Below, piece by piece: positions 53,403 to 63,303 of a stretch of 64,000 nucleotides of DNA; within the stretch, counting starts at the first letter, position 1, and every line of letters starts with the position of its first letter. Source of the stretch: Oopsacas minuta. Taxonomy: Eukaryota > Animalia > Porifera. A program made the position numbers and the translations under genes. A model generated the notes under the pieces. The model did not search any database and was not told where the DNA came from. It saw only the letters and a program-made list of their open reading frames with translations. The stretch covers positions 1,299,883 to 1,363,882 of the forward strand of contig JAKMXF010000066.1 of assembly GCA_024704765.1 (NCBI GenBank). Direction: 5' to 3'.

Positions 53403-55428
53403 ATGTTATTCAGGTTGATTCTGCTAATAACTATCTTTGTGAATCTCTTTTCATATTGTGGAGGACATTGTAGATTACATTCAGGTAGTAGTAATTATTG
53501 TGATTATTATGTGTGTTACTTGTATTCAAACACAACAGGTGATGTAGGCGAGCTGTTGAATTATTGCGTGACACATTATCAAAACAACCATTATCGTTAC
53601 TTTCAAGAAATCCGCATTTATTTTAATGGGATCATAAACATCGACCTCAGCTTCACGAGTAGCAACATACCAAGTTTGACTTTTTCGCTTTATCAAGATG
53701 CCACTGTTTACATTAACGCTAGCATAATGAATAATTATCTAACTAATCTAGTTTTCCACTACAAGGCATACCATTTCAAACAAACTAATTTCTTCGATAA
53801 CTTTCCATATCTGAAAAATTTTTACTCTGATGCATTCCTTGATTTCGACTATCCTCAAAATTTCAGGAATTTATTCCAGTTGAACAGTGTGTATATTAAT
53901 CCACCAGTTGGTTCACAGTTATGGAAATTTGACATAACAATAGACGCATTTCGAGGTTTGAAACAACTAACTTCAATTGATCTCATAAGGGCTGACATAT
54001 CTGATATTACATCCAATTTCCATAGACTGACACGACTTTACCATTTGGGATTGGAAGGAAATAAGATAACGAAACTTGAACTGGATGCTTTCAGGGATAT
54101 GAAAAGTTTAACACACTTAGACCTAGATGGGAATGGCATCAAGGAAGTGACCGATGGAGCCTTAAACGGATTGACTGCCTTAGAGTCTTTGTCATTGAGT
54201 GGCAACCCACAATTCCCATTAAATACATTGCATACATTGAATTCTCTCACTACACTACAGATTAACTATAACTCTTATCGTACACTCCCTCCTGAACCAT
54301 TTGAACAATTAGCTTCTCTTTCCACCATTTATGCTGACAATCCATTCTTCTGTGACTGTAGTCTACGCTAGACATCTGTTATATCTCAGTATAGTCTATC
54401 TATTCAATCTGCTTATTGTCTAGAACCTGGGAAAGTGTATCAAACGCCGATTACATCAGAAACTTTGTACACAAATTGTACACGGGGATGAAACTTACAA
54501 TTGTTTCAGTAAAACAGCAATTTGTCCCACTGATTCCGTATGTCGTGACACAGCTAGCAGTTATGCATGTACATGTGCTGATGGATTCAGCTTACTATCT
54601 ACAGGAGACTGTACAGATGAAGACGAATGTCAACAAACACCAGGGTCACCACGTATATGTGAACACAATTGCACTAATACTAAAGGTTCCTATGAGTGCT
54701 CTTGTGACGTAGGATATCAGTTATCAGCTGATGACAGATCGTGTGAGGATATTGATGAGTGTGACATTGGTATAGGAGAATGCGTGAATGGTGAGGTTTG
54801 TGTTAATACAATAGGGAATTATGCGTGTAGAGAATCTGATTGTGTTCAGTCTTGGAACAATCTACAAGGTCCAGCTTACATTTGCTGTGATGGGTATCGT
54901 CTTTACGACAATTCCCAATGCATTGACATAGATGAGTGCGAGGAAACTCCAAATTTGTGTGATATGCAATGCGAGAATACAAAAGGTAGTTATTCTTGTT
55001 TATGCGAGCTAGGTTTCCAATTAGTCCTAAACGGTGAATGCTTGGATATTGATGAATGCTTAACTGACAACGGAGGATGTGACGATACATGTATAAACTC
55101 AAAAGGGAGTTATACATGCTCCTCAAGTCGTGGTAACACAATTTTGATTGCGATAGTCGCGATTTTAGCTTTGGTAATAATTTCGCTACTGATTGCATTT
55201 CCCATAGGTCTTGTGATAATACGTAGACGGATGAAGAAGAATACATACCAAGCAGTATTTCAACCTATTCCGAAACCCGTTGAGAGAGTGCATGTGCATG
55301 AAGCTCCTTCGAAAGATGCCACGGAAAATGAAGTCCTTCTAGAAAAGACGAATACTTCTGATACTATCAGTGAGACTTCTATGGAGATTTACCCAGCTCC
55401 TATTGCTGATGTACAACCTCCTAATTAG
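53403..55428 (+). pseudogene. LRR-cbEGF-TM receptor paralog A, disrupted (nonsense plus +1 frameshift); may encode a secreted LRR-only product
   Basis: Signal peptide and LRRs at 53403-54368; TAG at 54369-54371 where the paralogs have Trp (CSLRWTSV); extra G in the GGGG run at 54484-54487. The corrected frame reads 5 EGF-like modules, a TM segment and a tail ending at 55428. Confidence 0.85.
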
Positions 55429-55596
55429 TTCATGTGTGATTTAGAATTCGAATATTTTCATGTTGATTTAGGCACCTTTATAGCAAGGTTGTCAATGTAT
55501 ATAGTCCTTGATCATGGTCCTTGGACCCTAGTTAGAGATATTTATTTGGTGTGAAAATATTGTTTCATATTTTAATTGCTTGGATACATTTTTATA

Positions 55597-55780
55597 CTAA
55601 GAGCCGCTTCGCTTGCTCGTGCTGCGCAGTTTGCGAACACTTTGTGCCTTTCATGCCTAATAAAACAACAAAGAATTTACAAAGAGAAATTTGGAATCAG
55701 CATCCCTTGATAGCCATTAAGAGCAAGTCTCTACGTATATTTTACGCTTCAACTATTTATTTATCTTATTTTATATAAAC
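55597..55780 (-). mobile_element. Possible short Helitron-like element
   Basis: Minus strand ends in GCACGAGCAAGCGAAGCGGCTCTTAG followed by TATA, resembling a Helitron 3' end; the 5' end is only loosely identified. Confidence 0.3.
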
Positions 55781-56338
55781 AACGTAAATTTACATATGAG
55801 AAACGTGCCTGTAGCTGTATGCTATAACAATTGGGCATACATAGTCATTATCAAAAAATTGTTCTGAATTGTGGTCATAAGTGATGGGAAGTAGAGGTAC
55901 TATGCATCAGGGCATAGTCTCGAGTCTGGTCAATTCGTCTATGGCCAAACCGGTTTTAAAATACATCATTGTTACGTATCAACATATAGCACGGTTTAGT
56001 ATTTTTTTATTGTTTTGAGATTGACTGGCTGATCGGTGGGTAGATTCGTTTGAGCTTTTTATTCTACTGGTCGGATCGGATTGGATCATGAAAAATAGCT
56101 TTATAGAACTTCGGTTAACACTCACAAAATTTTCAATAGCCAGACGGGTATGATTGCCGAGGCTAAGGGCCTGCGTATATATTTCCAACATTTCAAAGAT
56201 CTACGTAAAACAAAAGGTCGATACTAAATACAAATGTAACCAAATGTTTGTAAACAGAATAGATTGAATCGATTACAACATCGCAGTAATTCAAGAAATT
56301 CATTCATACTATTGACTGCATATTATCCTGAGTATATA

Positions 56339-58672
56339 TTAGAGTGGGGCTGGATAATTCTCTATAGAAGTTTCACTAATGACGTCATCTGTAGTGTTAA
56401 CCTTGTCAAGCAGTGTAGCTCCCTCGTCTATAGACCTAGATGGAATTTCATAGGCACTCTCACGTTCTATTGTTATGTGTTGTTGGTGCATTGCGTTGAA
56501 TTTCTTGTTTTTCAAAATCTTTCCGCGGATTAGAACAATACTGATTATGGTTACGAATATCCCAGTTATCCCAAGGATAATTACAACTAAGAATACTAGA
56601 GATGCTATAAAGAACTGATTTACATCAAAATATTCCTCAGGCAGGCTGACACAAGAATAACTACCTATACTATTTAGGCATATATATAAACAGCCTCCAT
56701 TTCCGGTCAAACATTCGTCAATATCTAAACACTCTGTTTTATTCACCAATTGATATCCTGTTTCACATGAACATATATAACTACCATCAGTATTCATGCA
56801 AGTCATTTGACAATGGTGTGTTGAATCTTGGCATTCATCAATATCGACACATTCATGATTACCTTGCGATGTATAACCATGGCAACAACCGCAAGTTGAA
56901 TCTAGGAACTTGTCACAGTAAAGAGAGTAGCCAGACCCATTACACGCATCAAATTCTAATGTGTAAATATCAATGTTGATGCAATTAAAATCGCCGATGG
57001 TATTCAAACATATATCTTTGCAACCTCCATTCTCCACAAGGCACTCGTCTATATCCAGACACTTTGTTTGATTCACTAATTGAAAGCCAGCATCACAAGA
57101 ACACTGATAGCTACCATTGGTATTAAAACAGTTCATGTCACACTCGTCAATTGACTCCTCACACTCATCAATGTCAATACATTGAGAATTGTTATCGAGA
57201 AGATACCCATTACAACAAGTACAGAAATGATCTTGTGGATTGTTACAAGACTGAACACAACCAGATTCTCTACACGCATAATTCCCTATTGTATTAACAC
57301 AAACCTCACCATTCACGCATTCTCCTATACCAATGTCACACTCATCAATATCCTCACACGATCTGTCATCAGCTGATAACTGATATCCTACGTCACAAGA
57401 GCACTCATAGGAACCTTTAGTATTAGTGCAATTGTGTTCGCAACTAGCGTTTATAGAGCATTCATCTCTATCAGTACATACACCTTCTGTTCGTTGAATG
57501 AAACCATCACTGCATGTGCACGAAGTTCCATTAGTATTATCTCGACATACGAAGTCTTCAGGACATGAAATATTGTTAAAACATTCATACGAACGATAAA
57601 TGGTACAATTAGTGTACAGTGCTTCTGTAGTGATAGCTGTGTGATATACTTTGCTAGATTCCATGCATACAGCTGAGATAATCTGCAAATTGTACTGTTT
57701 CACCACAGATGTCCAACGTAAGCTACAATCGCAGTAGAATGGATTGTCTGCATATATATAAGCCAGGTTATTGAGTTGCTCGAATGGTTCCGGTAATAGA
57801 GTTTTGTATGAATTATAATTTATTTGTAGCATGGTTAACGTAGTTAAGCGGTATATCGAGTGTAACGGGAATAATGGGTTACCACTGAGTGAAAGTTGAT
57901 TTAACATTGTAAGTCCGTTAAAAGCGTCAGGACTCGCTACCCTTATGCCATTCCCGTCTAAGTCCAAATCATTAAGACTTTCCAGGTCTCTGAACTCACC
58001 TGGTTCTAGCTCGGTGATTTCATTACCTTCCAGTCCAAGATGTGTCAGACCGGTTAACCCTTGAAATGTGTAACGGACATCTGTGATTTCTGCTCTCACC
58101 AAATCGATATATTTCAAATTGCTTAGACCGCTGAATGCATTAGTTTTAAACATAAATTTCCATTGAGTATACCCTGATGGAGGAAGTATTCTAAAATACG
58201 TGAGTTGGTTTAACATTGTAAAGGTTTGGGGATATTTGAAATCGAGGTAAGCGTAGGAATAGAGTGATTCCAAATTGGGAAAAAATCTGAAAAAGTCAGG
58301 CTGTTTGAACTGGAATGAATTCCTGCTGAAATATATCCTAGTGATATTCGCCTGTGTAATCGTGGCATTGATGTTTACGACAATATTTTGACTCAATGAA
58401 AATGAAATTGTCTGAATACTACTCCCTAATTTAAGATCGATATCGAGATTTTCTGTCGAATACATGTAGATATACAATTGTAGATTAGACGAGCTATACG
58501 TACAATTAGTCAATGTTTCGCCTACCTCTCCTTCAGTATTGCTGTACAGATAGCATCTTGTAATAGTTCCTAGTAAATTGCAATAGTTCTTACTGCTCGG
58601 GACAACGCGACACTCTCCAGCTACACAGTAAATAAACGCTGCTATGCAAACCAACAATAACAGTAACTTCAT
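56339..58672 (-). CDS. Intact single-exon type-I membrane receptor B: signal peptide, Cys cap, ~7-8 LRRs, LRRCT, 7 EGF/cbEGF modules, TM, short tail, no TIR; 777 aa
   Basis: LGLEGNEITEL, LDLDGNGI and LSLSGNPL LRRs; NPFYCDC LRRCT; repeated DIDEC...NTxGSY.C cbEGF motifs; hydrophobic FFIASLVFLVVIILGITGIFVTIISIVLI segment. Confidence 0.92.
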   Translation of the reverse strand: MKLLLLLVCIAAFIYCVAGECRVVPSSKNYCNLLGTITRCYLYSNTEGEVGETLTNCTYSSSNLQLYIYMYSTENLDIDLKLGSSIQTISFSLSQNIVVNINATITQANITRIYFSRNSFQFKQPDFFRFFPNLESLYSYAYLDFKYPQTFTMLNQLTYFRILPPSGYTQWKFMFKTNAFSGLSNLKYIDLVRAEITDVRYTFQGLTGLTHLGLEGNEITELEPGEFRDLESLNDLDLDGNGIRVASPDAFNGLTMLNQLSLSGNPLFPLHSIYRLTTLTMLQINYNSYKTLLPEPFEQLNNLAYIYADNPFYCDCSLRWTSVVKQYNLQIISAVCMESSKVYHTAITTEALYTNCTIYRSYECFNNISCPEDFVCRDNTNGTSCTCSDGFIQRTEGVCTDRDECSINASCEHNCTNTKGSYECSCDVGYQLSADDRSCEDIDECDIGIGECVNGEVCVNTIGNYACRESGCVQSCNNPQDHFCTCCNGYLLDNNSQCIDIDECEESIDECDMNCFNTNGSYQCSCDAGFQLVNQTKCLDIDECLVENGGCKDICLNTIGDFNCINIDIYTLEFDACNGSGYSLYCDKFLDSTCGCCHGYTSQGNHECVDIDECQDSTHHCQMTCMNTDGSYICSCETGYQLVNKTECLDIDECLTGNGGCLYICLNSIGSYSCVSLPEEYFDVNQFFIASLVFLVVIILGITGIFVTIISIVLIRGKILKNKKFNAMHQQHITIERESAYEIPSRSIDEGATLLDKVNTTDDVISETSIENYPAPL

Positions 58673-59145
58673 GTTGTGCTCTTGAGCTTATATGCGTACA
58701 TGTAAGTAGTTTGAAATGGTGTACAAAATTACTTTCACTTTACTGATAATAAATTCTGAGTAATTATATGATTAATATATTTATTCTGATGAGCATATAC
58801 TCGTATCATTCTGATTATAATTATTTGAAATATGATATAGATATTAAATACATTATAACTACGTATGTACATGTATTTCGTCTCATAAAGATCGTAGCAA
58901 TGTATCCAGCGTCGTATTAACTGTGTTCGTAATTACGAATATATACTTTAGGCAGCTAGCAGCTAGCGCAGCACTCTAGAATATGGCGAATCAAGCCTTA
59001 TAATGTAATGATAAAGGTATACAACGCACATGAAAAGATAGGAAAATACAGTTCCAACAAAAAACTAACTAACAAATTGCAATGCATAATCTATATATCT
59101 TCTACACAATTACTATATCTTGCGATATAATTAATTAAGGTATCT

Positions 59146-60555
59146 TTATAAAGCTACATGAGCAGGGTACTCAACAGCTGTCCCACTCATGACGTCATCC
59201 GATGTGTCCACTCTCTCAAATACATTAAGTATTTGTTTGGGATTTTTAGCTCGCATCTCAATTTCATTTTCCTTGGAAATTCGCTGATTACTGTTCTTCA
59301 ATAATCCTCACATTGTAATGATAATTAGTGTATATAAGACTACAAGGATACCTGCCAAAAGTATTACAGCAAGAAATGCTGATAGAATGTATCCATTTAC
59401 GCCTGAATAGGTTTGAGGAATTTAAAGATTGGTGAAATTCGTGTTCAAACAGCTGAAGCTACCCTCGTTATTCAAACACGTCACCATACACCCACCATTA
59501 TTGTCTAAGCATTCGTTAATATCTATACAATTGGTTTGGTTTGCTAGTTGATATCCTATCTCACAAGCACAATTATAGCTCCCATTTGTATTCAGACATA
59601 ACATTTCACAGCCATAAGTCTGTTCCTCGCATTCATCAATGTCCAAACAGAGTCCATCCTCCATTCTATAACCTTTACAGCATTCACAAGTTGCACCAAG
59701 TAGACTTGTACAATATTTAGGATATCCGTACTCATCACATTGATAGTATTCTAATGTAGAAATGTTAGCTTTCAAACAGTAAAAACTGCCATTCAAATTC
59801 ATGCACACATCCTGACAATCTCCGTTATTCGTTAGACACTCATCGATATCCAAGCATTCAGTATCATTAGTCAATTGGAACCCTTCACTACAAGAGCACT
59901 GAAAACTACCTTCCGTATTCTGGCAGTTCATTTGACAGTTATCGATAGACTCCACACACTCATCAACATCAACACAATGTAGACTGTTATTATCCAGTCT
60001 GTATCCAGCGCAACACTTGCAAGTAGAGTTAACACAATTCTCAATACATTCTCCTTCGGTGCAGATGTAATCTCCTGGTGTGTTGATACATTTTTTACCA
60101 TTTGTACAGATATCTGTGCCTGCAATACACTCATCGATGTCCAAACATGATATTCCATCATCGCCCAACACATATCCTATATCACAATGACACTCATAAG
60201 ATCCGATCGTGTTTTTACAGTTCTGTTCACAATTATTTTGTTCAAGTTTACATTCGTCCTCATCAGTGCATTCTCCGGTACTGTGCAGGATATAACCATC
60301 TTCACAAGTGCATGCAGCACCAGTCGGTGTGTCACGACATATAAAACCTTTTGGACAAATTACAGTTCCACTAAAACAGCTGTATAATCCATTATCAGTG
60401 CAGTTGGTATACAAACTCGGTGTAGAGATAGAGCTACGGTATACTCTACTAGGCTCCAGACAGTAAGAAGATATGAAATACACACGGTATTGGATTACAA
60501 CAGAAGTCCATCTGAGACTACAATCACAAAAGAAAGGATTATCAGCAAAGATATA
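59146..60555 (-). pseudogene. LRR-cbEGF-TM paralog C, 3' fragment (LRRCT, 7 EGF modules, TM, tail)
   Basis: Homology starts at YIFADNPFFCDCSLRW (60555). In-frame stops at 59422-59424 (TAA) and 59308-59310 (TGA) lie before and after the TM. The natural stop is at 59146-59148. LRRs and signal peptide are absent upstream on this strand. Confidence 0.88.
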
Positions 60556-60903
60556 CCTTTTTGTAACCTGTAGATTTACACCTTGGTAAGGTTTTGGTCT
60601 GACACAATATCAATATGCCACTTCAAAATTTCCCATAGAAATTGCAATATGTTTATGGACTGTTGAGTACAAGGAGCAAAATCTTAGTATAGTGAATCTG
60701 ACATTGGAAAATTGGTCCCAAAAATTTGGTCACATGGACCATTTTTCCATAGAATTTTGGTCTCCGGACCAATTTTCAGGGGAGACCAACATTTTGGTGA
60801 CAGATCCTGTATATTATCATAGGGTACTGCTTTAAAAGAATAACCTGATTATTATCATAAAATGTTCAAATCAAAAACAATTTCGTTGCTTCTTAGCTCT
60901 TTA

Positions 60904-61005
60904 CAGTTAACTCCAGTTATATCGAAGCTCAAGGGACTGCGATTATTACTTCGCTATAAGCGAGTGTATCGAGGCAACCGTACTCGTTAAAACGAAAGTT
61001 AACTG
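60904..61005. mobile_element. Short CAGTTAACT-family MITE, 102 bp
   Basis: Ends CAGTTAACT / AGTTAACTG; interior matches part of the 46311-46581 element. Confidence 0.6.
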
Positions 61006-61544
61006 TGTTTGTTGTTTTTATCACATAAATAGTAAACATAAATACAGTCGAACCTCCAAGATCCGGTTACCAGATTTCGAAAATCTTTGAAATTCAATTG
61101 ACTACTACCATTGAATTTAACTAAAAGTAGAGGTGATCTCCAGGCATAACAAGTTTCAAAAAGGTTAAATAACCAAAAGCCGTTAAAGTATCTTTTGTTT
61201 TGACAATTTTGATGCATCTCGATAAATCACAATATTTAAAGAATGTTATTTCTAAGATTCGGGCACCCTCCTGACGCGACTACCCGAATCTCAGAGCTCC
61301 GACTCGACTGTATAGCCCTTCAATCCAACATATTTTACCAGAATATCATAATACATACGGGCAGAGGTGTAGCTAGCTCTACCTCATTGGGGTTGCTGAC
61401 AATTCCTCTGGGGCTGCTAGCAACCCCAATAACATATAGATTGCATGTAATTTTCAATCAAAATATATAATAAGATTCTCTTATACTAAATTACTTATAT
61501 AGGCATCGATTCAATAACATTTGAAGTAAAACTTGATTAGCTTC

Positions 61545-61823
61545 ATGGTAAGATTGTGTTTATTATTCCTTCACCTCTTCATATGTGTATGTTACATAAA
61601 TGCCACTTGTCAACTTGTAAATGATAGTTTGAATTATTGCAGTGACAGTTATTATGTGGCTTGCTATCTGCACAATAACACTGGTGGAATGGGGGAAATA
61701 TTGAGTACTTGTGGTATAGGTAGATATTTATATGTATATGGACCCTTTACAAATTTTCAGCTCTTAATCATAAACGTTGTGTGTTGTAGAGCGGATACGG
61801 AACTACAAACAAAAAACCACTGA
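61545..61823 (+). pseudogene. 5' fragment (signal peptide + Cys-rich cap) of an LRR-cbEGF paralog
   Basis: MVRLCLLFLHLFICVCYINA-TCQLVNDSLNYC...CYLHNNTGGMGEILSTC aligns with the N-termini of A and B (C.....S.NYC...CYL.SNT.G.VGE.L..C); homology is lost after about 61780. Confidence 0.75.
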
Positions 61824-62219
61824 GATCAATACCGAGCCTTATACTAAAGTATAATTGCATACGCCCTAAGTGACCAGCCAAATGCATCTTAGCAATAACT
61901 TGTATAACCAAATTATATATTTTGATTATCCTAGTCTCAATGTTATGTTTAGGGTTGCCAGACGTCCGGGTTTGGAGCCATTTGTCCGGAGTCCGGGAAT
62001 GGAACCAATTTGTCCGGGTTTGAAGAATTTTGACTTCTTATGATTTTTAAATTAGGTTCATAGTTGCTAGTTATTCGTACATACAGTACACATGGTTCAG
62101 CATTCCTTGTCTGACAACTCAGATCTATAGTAATCTAGAAATACTTATATGGAATTGAAATATGATTTTCCAGTTCCTACTGTCTAGTAAATTATTATTC
62201 ACCCATGAATTTGGTATTA

Positions 62220-62394
62220 CAGTGGTACCTGTCTTATACGACCACCTGGCGTTCCGACAAATCTGGTCGTAAAAGACAGGTGGTCGTTGATCACAGGTTT
62301 GCTATAGCCGAATGTCTTTATCCGTGCCGGAGAAATCAGTCGTAATAGGCAGGAAGTCGCCCATGGCAGGGGTCGTACAATACAGGTACCACTG
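62220..62394. mobile_element. Nested pogo/Tc1-type MITE, 175 bp
   Basis: 24-bp TIR with 22 matches starting CAGTGGTACCTGT; TA on both flanks. Confidence 0.85.
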
Positions 62395-62596
62395 TACTTG
62401 GATTTATACAAATAACTGCCTCGGATCCATATAATTTTTCAAATCTTGTGCACTACTGCTTACTCGAGGATATCGAATATGCGGTCCCGTATATTCCGAC
62501 TCCCCCTCGCTTTGCCATCTCCCCACTTATTCTGTACCCTGAGTAAGTTAGTTTAGTTACGCACTATGTTTGATATGTTTTGTTTCATACAAATTA

Positions 62597-62847
62597 CAGT
62601 AGAACTCGGTTAAGACGTACTCTCGGATAAGACGTACTTGTCTCCAATAACCGAAATTTTCTCCTATTTAACCAATTGTAAATGATTCGGTTAATTCGTA
62701 CTCGGTTAATTCGTACTCGGCTAATTCGTACTCGGATAAGACCTACATTTTAGTACCTTTCATTTATGTGCTGGGATAAGACGTACCTCGGTTAATACGT
62801 ACTTTTTATTGTTTCCCAAGCTAGTACGTCTTAACCGAGTTCTACTG
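62597..62847. mobile_element. Nested pogo/Tc1-type MITE, 251 bp
   Basis: Perfect 25-bp TIR CAGTAGAACTCGGTTAAGACGTACT; TA on both flanks; internal 15-bp tandem subrepeats at 62686-62745. Confidence 0.92.
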
Positions 62848-63303
62848 TATGATTTTCAAGTTACGTCTTCTGAGACTTTAGTTTCCTCCTAAACTAATAG
62901 ACAACATCTTAATATTGGAAACAAAAATTATGTCCGGGTTTGGTCTTATGAAAATCTGGCAACCCTAGTTATGTTACTGTAATATTTTTTAATAGAAACT
63001 ATTACCATTGCTTTTCAATATTTTCAATAAGCCGTATAAACGATGTGATGACCACCATATGGAGAGCAATAGGTTGGGGTCTATGTAATCGGCACAGTAG
63101 AACTTGCCAGTTCCGTCCAGGATATTAGGGTATCAAAATGGTCCATTCTGTTCCTTGAATTAGGAAAGCACTATAAATAGCCAATCGCGTAACAGAATCA
63201 TTATAAATATCAGTTTCCTTATTATAAACAGTTCAAAAACTAAAAGGCATTTCGAAAACATCTTGATACAGTTACAGTTAGTGATTCATTTACAAACCTT
63301 TAT

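Larger units (their letters stand above)
61950..62967. mobile_element. Non-autonomous hAT element, 1018 bp, carrying nested MITEs
   Basis: TIR TAGGGTTGCCAGA / TCTGGCAACCCTA; perfect 8-bp TSD GTTATGTT (61942-61949, 62968-62975); subterminal GTCCGGGTTTG repeats. Confidence 0.92.

Noticed and set aside
62686-62745. Four 15-bp direct repeats as a CRISPR-like array
   Set aside because: The repeats are contiguous with no spacers, lie inside a TIR-bounded MITE and resemble its TIR; the context is eukaryotic with no cas genes.
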